A DNA stretch of 64,000 nt from an uncultured Planctomycetaceae bacterium (GTDB taxonomy: Bacteria > Planctomycetota > Phycisphaerae > SM23-33), in contig CAZMBZ010000001.1 of NCBI GenBank assembly GCA_964564285.1, positions 2,508-66,507 on the forward strand, written 5' to 3'. Below, piece after piece: positions 20,701-30,296 of the stretch; positions within the stretch are counted from its first letter, which is position 1; every line of letters starts with the position of its first letter. The translations under genes were made by a program, and so were the position numbers. The notes under the pieces are model-generated. The model worked only from the letters and a program-made list of their open reading frames with translations, ran no database searches and was not told where the DNA came from.

Positions 20701-20828
20701 CGGCCCAGAGGGCCCGCCTGCTGGCAATGCAGCGAGGCGACGTCGGCCAGGCCGGGCGGATAGAAAAGCGCATCGAACTCTACAAAGCCCGCAAGCCCTG
20801 CCGGCGCGGGGCACGGGAAATCAAATAG
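17742..20828 (+). CDS. large membrane-anchored protein: SGNH/GDSL-like N-terminal domain plus long TPR array
   Basis: N-terminal TM helix. RIFVFGGSAAMGSPEP and VVYMGNNEVVGPYG resemble SGNH blocks I and III. About 12 TPR units in the C-terminal 600 aa. GTG start. Confidence 0.7.
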   Translation: MESNCADRPADAADEARTETPSRARRWLFRLIAVTVIPVAFFLLLELVLNLVGFGYDTRYFIPAKTPATAGASAGAVGELEANQRFAWRFYPPTGAKTPLPVRLGSTKAQGHVRIFVFGGSAAMGSPEPAQSFGRILEVMLAERYPQRKFEVIVTAMEGMNSHVSRVIADEAAELQPDLFVVYMGNNEVVGPYGISDVFRGYTPNLTTIRASLWLKSTRTGQMVGRLIDSMSGRGDQVWKGMENFVGAGVAADDPRLSTMYDNFAANLSAICQAGTWADARTIVCTVASNLRDCPPFLLQSRPGVSKADLARFDELCSAGRAKASTGEHEQAMDQFTQAADIDANSANLEYWMGQCCLSAGLADEAREHLLRARDLDALRFRADTKINEILRRAGKQYDGFVDFEKLLAVDAITRDGLPGSETLIDHVHFSFAGNCRLAAAVLAEAERLLGDKLGPASGAGVATAPAGSLVGGFDEKHLARRLAITGWDRYRIAEVLAAQMALAPFTNQFDSDSRLAAQRAEVERLRMFTLPEIRPVILGQYLKALAARPDDVMLRANYATCLYGFDDAVSAAREWGELLKRMPGNAQYAKELGVTLMGQGKLDEASEYFRQALAVLPRDLNAQNNLGASLLRMGRIEEAGVCFREVLSANPDHADARANLAIALASKNDQAGAASQFQTVLAKTPGHVGALRNFARLLTGQGKVDEAIELYSKALVTREDFMLHVDLGQLLEVRKQSDKAMEHFARAAEMAPNAAGAQLAFGQALLRARRYAEAADRLGRAVVIDDGLAVAHRDLGSALGRLGKAKLAIVELARAVNLNPTDLVARERLAYALMAGRKLPEAIEQYKKVLELQPNLPDAHNNLAVALAKTGKLDEAIIHFSAAVQLEPTALRHYNLATQLVRRGGDREALMNFRQALQLKPTWPEAMSECAWVLATADDEKLRNGGEAVRLAQKACELTQWKAAAIVDAMAASLAEAGQFGQALLTAQRARLLAMQRGDVGQAGRIEKRIELYKARKPCRRGAREIK

Positions 20829-20836
20829 GGAAGAGC

Positions 20837-22255
20837 ATGATAATTCGTACGAAAATTGTGGCTACGGTCGGGCCGGCGTGTGGGAGCGTGGAGCGGCTGC
20901 GGGAGCTTGCCCGGGCGGGGTGCGACGTGTTCAGAATCAACTTCTCGCACGGCACCGATGAGCAACGCGAGGAGTTCCTGGCCAACATCCGCGAAGTCGA
21001 GCGGGAACTCGGCGAGCCGCTGGCGGTAATGGGGGACCTGTGCGGGCCGAAGATCCGCGTGGGGGCGATTGTCGGCGGAGGCGTTCTGCTGGGCGATGGG
21101 CAGGAACTAGTTATCCAGCGCGATATCGTCGAAGGCAACACGGAAAGAATCTCGACGACTCTGGGCGAACTCATAGACGCGGCCCGCGAAGGACAGATCA
21201 TCCTCCTGGACGACGGCAAGCTGCGATTGCAGGTCGTGCGGGCCGAGCCGCCGGAGCGGATCGTGTGCGAAGTGGTTCGCGGCGGGGTGCTCGGCAGTGG
21301 CAAGGGCGTGAACGTGCCCACCATGGACTTGGCGCTGTCGGCCCTTACGGAAAAGGACCGCCGCGACGCGGCATGGATCGCGGGACGGGAGTTCGACTAT
21401 GTCGCGCTGTCGTTTGTGCGTACGGCAGGGGATGTGGTGCAGTTGCGCGAGCTGCTCGACGCGGCTGGGTCCGATGCGAGGATCGTCGCCAAGATCGAAA
21501 AGCCCCAGGCCGTCGAGAACATCGAGGAGATTGTCCAGGTCGCCGACGCGGTAATGGTCGCGCGGGGTGACCTCGGCGTGGAGATGAACCTGCCGGCAGT
21601 GCCGGTGGCGCAAAAGCGCATCGCCAATCTTTGTCGGCGCGAGGGGACGTTGTGCATCGTCGCCACGCAGATGCTCGAATCCATGACCAACTCGCCGACG
21701 CCGACGCGGGCGGAGGTATCCGACGTTGCCAACGCCGTTCTGGACCATACCGACGCGGTGATGCTCTCGGGCGAGACGGCCGTGGGAAAATTCCCCGGGG
21801 CGTCGGTGCGGATGATGAACCAGATCGTTGAGAACGTCCAGCCTTACTACGATGAGACGTGCGGGGCGATGAGGGTCAGCTACTCGCGGGGCCAGACGGT
21901 TGCATCGCTGGCGTCGGCGGTTCGTGAGATCATGGCTGTCGAGCCGATAGCGGCGGTGGCGGTTTATACGGTCACGGGCACGACTGCGAGGCTGTTCGCC
22001 AAGAGCCGACTGAATTGCCCGATACTGGGCCTTGCGCCCAGTGCGGCGGTGGCTCGTCGAATGTGCATGTACTACGGCGTAGCGGCCCGGCAGGCTGCGG
22101 CGCCCGAGCATACTCGCGAGGTGCTTGAGCTTGCAGAGAAGTTCGCTTTGGAACTGGGCGCCGCCGGTAGCGGCGACAGGATAGTAGTCGTCAGCGGACG
22201 ACCTGTTGGACAAGCTGGTAGCGCCAATACGCTTGTGGTGCATACGGTGAGGTAG
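20837..22255 (+). CDS. pyk: pyruvate kinase
   Basis: MIIRTKIVATVGPA start; GCDVFRINFSHG, MGDLCGPKIR, MVARGDLGVE, TQMLESM motifs. The track start 20609 overlaps the upstream TPR gene. Confidence 0.92.
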   Translation: MIIRTKIVATVGPACGSVERLRELARAGCDVFRINFSHGTDEQREEFLANIREVERELGEPLAVMGDLCGPKIRVGAIVGGGVLLGDGQELVIQRDIVEGNTERISTTLGELIDAAREGQIILLDDGKLRLQVVRAEPPERIVCEVVRGGVLGSGKGVNVPTMDLALSALTEKDRRDAAWIAGREFDYVALSFVRTAGDVVQLRELLDAAGSDARIVAKIEKPQAVENIEEIVQVADAVMVARGDLGVEMNLPAVPVAQKRIANLCRREGTLCIVATQMLESMTNSPTPTRAEVSDVANAVLDHTDAVMLSGETAVGKFPGASVRMMNQIVENVQPYYDETCGAMRVSYSRGQTVASLASAVREIMAVEPIAAVAVYTVTGTTARLFAKSRLNCPILGLAPSAAVARRMCMYYGVAARQAAAPEHTREVLELAEKFALELGAAGSGDRIVVVSGRPVGQAGSANTLVVHTVR

Positions 22256-22264
22256 GGAGGGGGC

Positions 22265-22332
22265 GGGATTTGAGATTTGAGATTGGGGGCTGGGATTTGA
22301 GATTTGAGATTTTATATCTGAGATTTGCGATT
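22265..22332. repeat. short tandem repeat in the convergent intergenic region
   Basis: GGGATTTGAGATTTGAGATT at 22265-22284 and again at 22292-22311, then a degenerate ctgagatttgcgatt. The GATTTGA/GAGATTT unit occurs about 5 times. Confidence 0.7.
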
Positions 22333-22345
22333 AATGCATCGTGCT

Positions 22346-22843
22346 TTAGAGTGGCACGATGATGTGTTCGAGGACGTCGGTTTCGGTATTCAGCAGGGCT
22401 AGCGTGTGGACTTTTGCGCGGTGGAGGGCACCGGGGTTGATCACGCGAATGCCATCGATGACTTCATCTCGAGTCTTGTGTGTATGGCCGTGGCAGACGT
22501 AAGGGAACTGTCGGTCTGCGATCAGTTCGCCGAGCAGATTGTGGTCGTGGCCGTGCGTGGCCACGAGGACCCTGTTGTCATCCAGCGGCACCTGGATGGC
22601 CTCCCATGAGAAGTTTATTCCCAGACGCTGTGCCTCGTCGGCGAGTTCTTCCACGTGCTGGTCCATGTTCCCTGCCACCATGTACACCTTCGGAGCGGCC
22701 TTGGCGAGCACTCGAAGACACTCGATGCTGCCGATGTCGCCGCAATGGACGATTGCTTGGACTTGGTGGTGGGAGAACACCTCCACGGCATGCGTAAGTT
22801 GCGTAACATCACCGTGAGTGTCCGAGACTATGCCGATTATCAT
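22346..22843 (-). CDS. YfcE/MJ0936-family metallophosphoesterase
   Basis: MIIGIVSDTHGD, VHCGDIGS, GNMD, ATHGHD, CHGHTH metal-ligand motifs. Confidence 0.85.
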   Translation of the reverse strand: MIIGIVSDTHGDVTQLTHAVEVFSHHQVQAIVHCGDIGSIECLRVLAKAAPKVYMVAGNMDQHVEELADEAQRLGINFSWEAIQVPLDDNRVLVATHGHDHNLLGELIADRQFPYVCHGHTHKTRDEVIDGIRVINPGALHRAKVHTLALLNTETDVLEHIIVPL

Positions 22844-22864
22844 TCGAGTAGCTTTCGTTGTGGC

Positions 22865-23617
22865 TCAGGTTTTCTGGGCTTCAGCGTATGCTTCGTCGGA
22901 CATGTCAAAGTTAGCGGAGACCTTCTGAACGTCATCGTGGTCGTCGAGCGCTTCCATGAGTCTGAGCACCTGTCGAGCCTTGGTGCCCTCCACGCTGACG
23001 GTGGTCGTGGGGACCATTGCGATTTCGGCTGAGGCGGTCTGAACTTCACGGTCCGCCAAGGCTTGCTTGACGGCAGAGTATACGTTGGGCTGGCAGGTGA
23101 GCTCGAAGATATCGCCATCGGCGGTAACGTCATCGGCACCGGCATCGAGGGCGATTTCCATGAGCGTGTCTTCGTCGGCCTGGTCGGCGGCGATGACGAA
23201 CGTGCCCTTTTTCTCGAACATCCATGCCACGCAGTTGGTGGAGCCCAACTGTCCGCCGGCGCGTTCGAAGAGCTTTCGCATCTCGGGCGCGGTGCGGTTG
23301 CGGTTGTCGGTGAGGCATTCGACGAGGAATGCCACTCCGCCAGCCCCATAGCCTTCGTAGGTGATCTCATCGTAGCTTTCACCGGCCAACTCGCCGGAGC
23401 CCTTCTGGACCGCCTTCTTGATGGTGTCCTTAGGCATGTTGGCTGCCTTGGCATCATCGATGGCGTATCGCAGGGTGAGGTTCTCGTCGGGGTTTCCGCC
23501 GCCGCTCTTGGCTGCCACGATGATTCGCCGAGCCAGTTTGCTCCAGGTGTTCCCTCGCTTGGCATCGTTAGCGGCCTTGGAACGTCGGATTGTCGCCCAA
23601 TGTGAATGTCCGGACAT
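22865..23617 (-). CDS. yebC: YebC/PmpR-family DNA-binding transcriptional regulator
   Basis: MSGHSHWATIRRSKAANDAKRG...NPDENLTLRYAIDDAKAANMPKDTI is the family N-terminus. Full length of about 250 aa. Confidence 0.9.
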   Translation of the reverse strand: MSGHSHWATIRRSKAANDAKRGNTWSKLARRIIVAAKSGGGNPDENLTLRYAIDDAKAANMPKDTIKKAVQKGSGELAGESYDEITYEGYGAGGVAFLVECLTDNRNRTAPEMRKLFERAGGQLGSTNCVAWMFEKKGTFVIAADQADEDTLMEIALDAGADDVTADGDIFELTCQPNVYSAVKQALADREVQTASAEIAMVPTTTVSVEGTKARQVLRLMEALDDHDDVQKVSANFDMSDEAYAEAQKT

Positions 23618-23647
23618 ACTCGGAAATCTCCGTGAACAGGAAAACGC

Positions 23648-26600
23648 TTATGGCCCGTTGCCTTCAGTGGCCGGGCCTATAGGAAAGACATCGTCATAGT
23701 CATCGTCGGGCAAGGTCTTGTCGCCCAAAGTTGAAACCTTCGGTTGGAGGCCTTTTCGCGCAGCCTGGATCTTACCCGGCGTGTTTTCGAGCATTTGGCG
23801 ATCTTCGCGCATGGGGTCTTCTATCTTTTTGCCGAGTTCCAGAGCCTTGCTCCACAGTTCGACGGCCTTGTCGTGCCAGCCCAGACGCCAGTAGGTGTCG
23901 CCTGCATGGTCGAATATTACGCCATGACTGGGACTGTTGGCGCCTGGGTAGGCGATCAGTCGCTGGAACACGCGTCCTGCCATTCGCAATCGACCTTGCT
24001 TGTAGAATACCCAACCGAGCGAGTCGGCGAAAGCGGTCTCTCCCGGTCTGGTAGCGACGGCCAGGCGGAGCATTTTCTCGGCTTCATCCAGCCGCTCGCC
24101 TCGAACGGCCAGCATATACCCCATGTTGTTGTTGGCGCTGGCATCCGTGGGGGCGATTGCCAGTGCGGCTTTCATGACGGTGGCGGCCTGATCGGACCTG
24201 CCCATTTCGCCGAGAATGTTGCTCTTAAGCGTCAGCAACTCGGGGTTTGTCGGATCGGTTGTGATCAACTCCTCGGCCAGCTTTAGCGCATCGCCGTTCT
24301 TGCCGGCGGCGATCTTCATTCGCACCGACATCTCGCCCAGCCATTTCCAGGCCTCGTTGGGCGTATCGGGCTTGCTGGCGGTCGTGGGCTGGATGAATAT
24401 CTTCTGCTTTCGCCACTTATCCAGGAGTCGGTCGGCCTGGTCGATCTTCTTTTCGTCGGCGAGCATCCCGATCAGCAGTCTTCGCGGGGCCAGGAGTTCA
24501 GGCGAGTCGGCGACCCATTGCTCGGCGAGCTTCAGGGCCTGCGGGTTCCGCTTGGCCTTGTCCAGGACAACCAGTTCAATCGCGTGGATGTTCCAGACGA
24601 TCTCATCGGCGGCACTGGCCCAGGTGTCGATGTTAACGAGGGCCTTGTCGTACTGGGCGAGGCTGACGGCTCGGGCGACCATGGACACCACAGTTTGTGG
24701 CATCTTCTTAAGCGCCTCGGCGTAGGCGTCATCGGTCATGGTCTTGGAGGCCTGAAGGCCTTGGACGGCCTTGCGGAGAGCCGCAAGCTCCCCGGCGAAG
24801 GCCTGGATGCGTTCGAGGCTGCCGCCCAGCAGTTCGATGCTCTTGTCGTAGTCCTCACGATCCATCGCCGCCAGGGCCAGCCGCTGGCTGGGAGCCAGGG
24901 TCAGCATCTGGTCGGCAAAGTTCAGCGGATCGTCATTGCTGAGTTGGAGGGCCAGTTCCAGGCCCTTGTCGTACTGACCGACCATGCCCAGCAGATGCAC
25001 TCGCAGCGATCGGAGTCGTCGCAGTGTGGGCTCGCCCGGATTCGACGCGATCCATGCGTCCATAACCTTCAGGGCCGCGTCCTGCTGGTTGCCGTCCTGC
25101 ATGACTTGCAGCAACTCTTGGCGGTAGAGGGTCTGGATGTTGTCTTCCTGCGTGTCGGCGATCCATTGCTGGGCCAGTGTGCTGGCTCGGGCGAACCGCT
25201 TCATCCGTCCGAGCAGTTGGATATGTCGGACCCTGCCCCAGAGATCCTCTTGCTTGTCCTTGAGGGCACGGAATGTTTCGATGGCGGCAAGGGCGGTCCC
25301 AGGCTCGTTGGCGTCCTCCAGGGCGTCAACGTACAGGCGGGCCAGGTCCGCGTCGCCGGGGGTTTCATTGAACAGCGATCCAAAGAACTCAGCCCCGCGG
25401 GTTGTCTTTCCGACCGCGGTAAACAGCTCCGCCAGTGCTCTGCGAGCGGTGCGGTTGCCGGGCTGAGTCTGGGTGATGCGTTTTAGTTTCTCGGCTGCGG
25501 CGTCGAAGTCCTTCTTTCTGATTATTCCGGGGACGGGTCCCAGCAGCGCGCGTACGGTGAGCGCCTGAACGTCGGCGTTTTCGGGCGCGATGCTGGAAAG
25601 TTGGTCCAGTAGAGCCTTCGCTTCCTTTCGCTTGCCGGCGATCAGTGCCAGTTCAGCCAGCATAAGCCGGGTTTGGAGGTTGTCCGGGTCTTTCTTCACC
25701 AACTGTTTGACCAAGAGTTTCGCTTCGTTGTTTTTGCGAGAGGCCAAGTAGATGTCGAAGAGTTTTCTAGCGACTTGGTTGTTGTCGGGGTTTTGCATCA
25801 GGGCTCTGCGGAGGGTGCTGACCGCCTCTCGCAGGCGACCCGACGCGGAGTAAGCGTCGGCTAGCAGCAAGAGAACTGGTAGGTCGTCGCTCTTGTGTCG
25901 CCGGGCTTCTTCAAGCGATTTTATGGCTTCATCTGGTTTGCCGCGACTGAGTTCGACCTTGCCTCGGAGGTAGTAGGGCAGGTGGGTATCTTTGGCCACT
26001 TGGGCCATGCGGCTCAGCAGGCGGTCCACGCGGTCGTCTCGCTTCTGGGCGAGGTAGGCTTCAAGCAGGGCCTCGTAGGCCCGGTAGAAGTTCGGCTTCT
26101 TCTCAATCGATCGTTGATAGAGGTCCCCAGCCAGCAGGTCTTTGTCCTTGGCTGTGGCGAACAGTCCAGCCAGGTAAAAAAGGGCGTATTGATTCTTCGA
26201 CTCGGTCTTGCGGGCCAGTTCGGCAATGTCTCGCTCGACGCCTGGCTTATCCGCGGTGGCGGCGAGGTTCGGCATGCTCTGGGCCATTGCGCCCACGCTG
26301 GCAGGGTCGGTCGAGAGGGCACGGTCCATTACGTCCATCAGTTCGTCGTATCGCCCGCCCCGGCCGAAGTTGCTGCCAAGGATTCGCCAGATGTCCGCGT
26401 TGTTGGGCTGGCTTGTCACGACAGACAGCAGGATGGTCATGGCCTCGTCGGTCCAGCCAAGCTGCTGGGCTGTCCTGGCCAGGCTTACGGCGATGTCGGA
26501 GCCCTGTTTATTACGTTTTGCCACCGTTTGCCAGAACCGTTCGGGCAGCTTGCGGTCCCCGCACTGGCGGCACAGGGCGCTGAGCATGCGCGGCAGGTTT

Positions 26601-27559
26601 CCGCGCTGAGCGGGCAGGCTGACCATGTCCAGCAGCATTGCCTCGACGCGGTCATATTCCTTCTCGCTCAGCAGTGCGTCGACGAGCAGGTTGGCGGTTC
26701 GGGTGCTGGTGCGATTACGGCGATAGGCGCGATCAAGCAGGGCGATGCCCTCGGGCGTTTTACGGAGCAGAAGCAGCAGTGCCCCTTGCCGGCTTAGAAG
26801 CCTTTCGGGGCGAAGTACCCACAGACGCAAGGTTGTCCGCTCGGCGTAGTTTCTGCCATGCAGGCTGGCCCAATCACCAAACTTGCGGTATGCCTCGAGC
26901 GAGGCTGACCAGTAGCCTTCTTTGTCCAGCAGCAGCGCCAGCGTCAGCAGCGCCTCGGCAGCGCGCGGGTTTTCCGGCGACACCTCCGAACAGAGCATCG
27001 CGGTGCGGATTTGGCGGATAGCTTGCTCGCTATGCTGCTGGGAGGCCGCGAGCTGACCCAGCAGAAGGTGCGTTTCGAGGTCGTCTCCGGCTGCCTTGGC
27101 GGCCGCGGCAAGATTCACCTCTGCCTTGCCGCGGTTTGACAAACCGATGTAGGCCCGCCCCAGCAGGCGGAGGATTTGGGCGTTTCCCGGCGCGAAGCCG
27201 GAGGCCCGTTCCAACTTTGCCACGGCCTTGGCGAAACTCCGCTGTGCGATGAGGGTTTTCGCCTGGGCCACCTCGTCGCGGACCGGCTCGGGCAGGGGAT
27301 GGTCTTCGGGTTTGCTCGTTGGCGGCTCGATACTGGGCGTCAGTTCATGCAGACCCAGCAGGGCCTTGGCGGGGATTGGCTCGATTGGCGCTTCGCCAGG
27401 CCGCAGTGATGTGTCCGCAGTCGTGGCGGCGGGCGTGGTCGGAGCAGGCTGGCTTGTCGGACCAGCCGACAGTCCGTCGGTTTGGTCCTCGCACCCCAAT
27501 GCCAGCATCATCGAAGCTGCCAACGCTATCGCGGCTAAACGCGTCAGGGGGATAGTCAT
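23648..27559 (-). CDS. giant TPR-repeat lipoprotein
   Basis: Lipobox MMLALGC at the N-terminus. TPR-like repeats throughout 1303 aa. Confidence 0.7.
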   Translation of the reverse strand: MTIPLTRLAAIALAASMMLALGCEDQTDGLSAGPTSQPAPTTPAATTADTSLRPGEAPIEPIPAKALLGLHELTPSIEPPTSKPEDHPLPEPVRDEVAQAKTLIAQRSFAKAVAKLERASGFAPGNAQILRLLGRAYIGLSNRGKAEVNLAAAAKAAGDDLETHLLLGQLAASQQHSEQAIRQIRTAMLCSEVSPENPRAAEALLTLALLLDKEGYWSASLEAYRKFGDWASLHGRNYAERTTLRLWVLRPERLLSRQGALLLLLRKTPEGIALLDRAYRRNRTSTRTANLLVDALLSEKEYDRVEAMLLDMVSLPAQRGNLPRMLSALCRQCGDRKLPERFWQTVAKRNKQGSDIAVSLARTAQQLGWTDEAMTILLSVVTSQPNNADIWRILGSNFGRGGRYDELMDVMDRALSTDPASVGAMAQSMPNLAATADKPGVERDIAELARKTESKNQYALFYLAGLFATAKDKDLLAGDLYQRSIEKKPNFYRAYEALLEAYLAQKRDDRVDRLLSRMAQVAKDTHLPYYLRGKVELSRGKPDEAIKSLEEARRHKSDDLPVLLLLADAYSASGRLREAVSTLRRALMQNPDNNQVARKLFDIYLASRKNNEAKLLVKQLVKKDPDNLQTRLMLAELALIAGKRKEAKALLDQLSSIAPENADVQALTVRALLGPVPGIIRKKDFDAAAEKLKRITQTQPGNRTARRALAELFTAVGKTTRGAEFFGSLFNETPGDADLARLYVDALEDANEPGTALAAIETFRALKDKQEDLWGRVRHIQLLGRMKRFARASTLAQQWIADTQEDNIQTLYRQELLQVMQDGNQQDAALKVMDAWIASNPGEPTLRRLRSLRVHLLGMVGQYDKGLELALQLSNDDPLNFADQMLTLAPSQRLALAAMDREDYDKSIELLGGSLERIQAFAGELAALRKAVQGLQASKTMTDDAYAEALKKMPQTVVSMVARAVSLAQYDKALVNIDTWASAADEIVWNIHAIELVVLDKAKRNPQALKLAEQWVADSPELLAPRRLLIGMLADEKKIDQADRLLDKWRKQKIFIQPTTASKPDTPNEAWKWLGEMSVRMKIAAGKNGDALKLAEELITTDPTNPELLTLKSNILGEMGRSDQAATVMKAALAIAPTDASANNNMGYMLAVRGERLDEAEKMLRLAVATRPGETAFADSLGWVFYKQGRLRMAGRVFQRLIAYPGANSPSHGVIFDHAGDTYWRLGWHDKAVELWSKALELGKKIEDPMREDRQMLENTPGKIQAARKGLQPKVSTLGDKTLPDDDYDDVFPIGPATEGNGP

Positions 27560-27576
27560 TTAAACCTCGCCACCTG

Positions 27577-28473
27577 TTACGGAATCACCTTGTTAAGTGG
27601 GTACGTTATTATTCCCGTGGCGCCGGCTCGTTTGAGCTGGGGCACCAGTTCTCGCTCGATTTTTTCCTCGATTACCACCTCGACGGCGACCCACTCCGAA
27701 TCGTGTAGATTGGAGACAGTAGGGGACTTCTCGGCCGGGAGAATGGCGGTTATCTTATCGAGTCCGGAGCGGGGCACGTTCATTTTGAGCCCGACTTTTT
27801 CACGGGCGTCGATTGCGCCCGTGAGCAGCAGGGCCATGTTTTCGATCATCTGCCGCTTCCAGTCGATTTTCATGGCTTTGTGGTTTGCGATGAATCTCGT
27901 GGAGCTGGTGAGCAGCGTGTCGATTATGCGGAGCTTGTTGGCCTTGATGCTGGACCCGGTTTCGGTGACATCGACGATGGCGTCAAGGAGGCGGGCCTTG
28001 ACCTCGGTCGCGCCCCAACTGAACTCCACCTTGGCGTTGATGTTCTTGTCTTGGAAGTATTTTCGTGTGGCCTTGACCAATTCGGTGGCGATGATTCCGC
28101 CGTCGAGTTGCTCGGGCTTGGTCACATCGCTTTCCTCAGGAACGGCGAGAACCCATCGCACGGGGCGAAGGTTCTGCTTGGCGTATATGAGTTCGGCGAC
28201 TTCGACTACGTCCGAGCCGTTCTCGCAGATCCAGTCGTAGCCGGTCAGTCCGGCGTCGATGACGCCGTCCTCGACGTATCGGCTGATTTCCTGGGCGCGG
28301 AACATAATCACGGCGATTCGGTCGTCGTCGATGGTGGGAAAATAGCTTCGCGAGGAAACGTTTATGTTGTAGCCAGCCCGCTGGAAGAGGTCCAGCGTGC
28401 TTTCCTGCAGCGAGCCCTTGGGGATGCCAAGTACGAATTTATCTTGCGGCTTTTCCATGAGTGGGTCTCTCAA
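27577..28473 (-). CDS. hisG: ATP phosphoribosyltransferase, long form
   Basis: [22 protein letters not shown]-terminus; [18 protein letters not shown]-loop region; C-terminal regulatory domain present. The start could be Met-6 at 28456. Confidence 0.9.
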   Translation of the reverse strand: MRDPLMEKPQDKFVLGIPKGSLQESTLDLFQRAGYNINVSSRSYFPTIDDDRIAVIMFRAQEISRYVEDGVIDAGLTGYDWICENGSDVVEVAELIYAKQNLRPVRWVLAVPEESDVTKPEQLDGGIIATELVKATRKYFQDKNINAKVEFSWGATEVKARLLDAIVDVTETGSSIKANKLRIIDTLLTSSTRFIANHKAMKIDWKRQMIENMALLLTGAIDAREKVGLKMNVPRSGLDKITAILPAEKSPTVSNLHDSEWVAVEVVIEEKIERELVPQLKRAGATGIITYPLNKVIP

Positions 28474-28529
28474 GCTCCGTATTGGCCAGTATGGCCTGTT
28501 GGGCTTGCGGGTAAATAGTTTAGTCTGAC

Positions 28530-29450
28530 TTACTTATCCTTGGTTTTTCGGGAGGTTTTCTTGGCGACCTTTTTGGTGACTTTTTTGGTGGTCTTCTTGG
28601 CGGCTTTTTTGGCGACTGGTTTTGTGGCCTTTTTGCTGACCTTCTTCTGGGTTGTCGCCTTTTTTGTAGATTTGGCGATAGGTCGCTTGCGTGCTTTTTG
28701 CTTCTTGGCCTCGGCGGCGGCTTTTGCCTCGGCCTCGGCTTTCTTGGCTTCGGCGGCGGCTTTTGCTTCGGCTTTCGCGTTGGCCTTGGCGGCCTCGGCG
28801 ACGGCTTGCGCCTCAGCCTTGGCGTCGGCGGCTTTGCGTTTCTTGGTCAGCATCTTGTCATTCTTCGCGACGTACTCGCGGAAGAACTCATGGGCGGCGT
28901 GGGCCTGTTTCTGGAGGATTATCCTCTCCAGGAAGGCTTGGACGTCCTCGATGGTGCTGCCTGGATCTATGTATTCGTCCATTTCCAGGCAGTCGACGAG
29001 TCCTTGGTCGACGGGGATTGCATGGCCACCGAATATTTGCATCATCATCACCGCGGCTGCAAAGGGGGTGAGCCCCAGTTCGTGGAGGTGTCGCCGCAGG
29101 TCTCGTTTGGGCATCTTCTCGACGTAGTCGAGTTTCAGGTTATTTCGGCTGGTGAAGATAGCGTTCATTACCGAGGTGATTTCCTCGGCTTTTCGTCGCG
29201 CGTGGGGGAAATCTCGCCCAAGCGTGTCGGCGATTTCCTTAACAGGCGAGACGCGGAGTTCGTTTAGGTCCACGTACTCCTTTTCCAGGGTGTCGAAGGC
29301 CTTGGCGGCCTGCTTGGGCGCATCGGCAGCCAGGATGGCTTTGACCATCACGGCGAACGGGTCCTGATCAACCGGCGGGGGCGTGACCGACTTTCGCAGG
29401 CCGGACAGGAACTTTTTTATTTTCTTCTGGTACTTGGTGGCGTTCTTCAT
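28530..29450 (-). CDS. EndoIII-like helix-hairpin-helix domain protein with Lys/Ala-rich histone-H1-like C-terminal tail
   Basis: [16 protein letters not shown]...AFDTLEKEY...[27 protein letters not shown] follows the EndoIII/HhH-GPD layout but lacks the HhH lysine. The last ~110 aa are [12 protein letters not shown] repeats, then [36 protein letters not shown]. Confidence 0.6.
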   Translation of the reverse strand: MKNATKYQKKIKKFLSGLRKSVTPPPVDQDPFAVMVKAILAADAPKQAAKAFDTLEKEYVDLNELRVSPVKEIADTLGRDFPHARRKAEEITSVMNAIFTSRNNLKLDYVEKMPKRDLRRHLHELGLTPFAAAVMMMQIFGGHAIPVDQGLVDCLEMDEYIDPGSTIEDVQAFLERIILQKQAHAAHEFFREYVAKNDKMLTKKRKAADAKAEAQAVAEAAKANAKAEAKAAAEAKKAEAEAKAAAEAKKQKARKRPIAKSTKKATTQKKVSKKATKPVAKKAAKKTTKKVTKKVAKKTSRKTKDK

Positions 29451-29908
29451 GACCGCTGGTCCTGTTTGGTGTTGCCGGGCGGGGGCAGTTGCTCATCTGG
29501 CTGGCCCTGAGCTTGGCTGGTCTGGTTTGCGGCCTCGATGCGGGCCTGGTCCTTCTGCGCTACTTCTTCGGCCAGGCGCTGAATGATGTCCAACGTATCT
29601 AAGGTTTTCTTGAATTCGGCATCCAGGGCGAAGGTCAGTATGGGGGTGTGACGAAGCGATATTTTCTTCGCCATGAGTTCCTGGACGTGCCCGGACGCGT
29701 GAGACAGTGCCGCAATCGTGCGGTTCTGCTGGCCCTTGGTACCCATGACTGAGACATAAACTTTGGCGGTTAGCAGGTCCTCGGTGACCTCGACGCGCGT
29801 TACCGAAGTCCGGACCCGGTCTATGCGTGGGTCGGAAAGTTTGGTTAAAATTAACTCTCCCACGATCTGACGCATGAGGGCGGCTACTCGTTGTGTTCTA
29901 CGACTCAT
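29447..29908 (-). CDS. rbfA: ribosome-binding factor A
   Basis: RTQRVAALMRQIVGELI..LSDPRI..VTRVEVTEDLLTAKVYVSVMG is the RbfA signature. Position downstream of infB is canonical. Confidence 0.85.
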   Translation of the reverse strand: MSRRTQRVAALMRQIVGELILTKLSDPRIDRVRTSVTRVEVTEDLLTAKVYVSVMGTKGQQNRTIAALSHASGHVQELMAKKISLRHTPILTFALDAEFKKTLDTLDIIQRLAEEVAQKDQARIEAANQTSQAQGQPDEQLPPPGNTKQDQRS

Positions 29909-29975
29909 CCGAAGCTGTCTTTCAGGTATGCCAGGCCGGCACGCAGTTACTGCGTGCCGACGGGGGCAGGCGGGC

Positions 29976-30263
29976 TCAGAGCCACTGGACCTCGCTGGCC
30001 GCCAGGATCATATCCCTGTTCGTCGTCGCGGCGTTGACGATTTGCTGCAGAGCCCCGGCCAAGTATGCAGGGTCGCTACCGACCATGGCTACGGCCAATA
30101 CCGCCCGCCGTCGGTTGTCCTGCGCGTCGACCTCGGATATCGACACGTTGAACCGCCTGGCGACGCGATCTTTGAAGCTCTTGACCAGTCTTCTTTTGTC
30201 TTTAAGGCTTGAGGCTTGGAGAATGTGAAACTCCAGATGCAACAGGCCCAGGCTTGTTTTCAT
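29976..30263 (-). CDS. DUF503 (YlxP-like) protein
   Basis: LLHLEFHILQASSLKDKRRLVKSFKDRVARRFNVSISEVD pattern. Conserved position between infB and rbfA. Confidence 0.75.
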   Translation of the reverse strand: MKTSLGLLHLEFHILQASSLKDKRRLVKSFKDRVARRFNVSISEVDAQDNRRRAVLAVAMVGSDPAYLAGALQQIVNAATTNRDMILAASEVQWL

Positions 30264-30296
30264 TGTTTCTTGCCAGCCAGCGGCCTGGCCGGGACG

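Noticed and set aside
22265-22332. A CRISPR array, here or anywhere else in the window.
   Set aside because: Only two exact 20-nt units are present, with a 7-nt gap instead of 25-40-nt unique spacers. No other regularly spaced repeats and no cas genes were seen.
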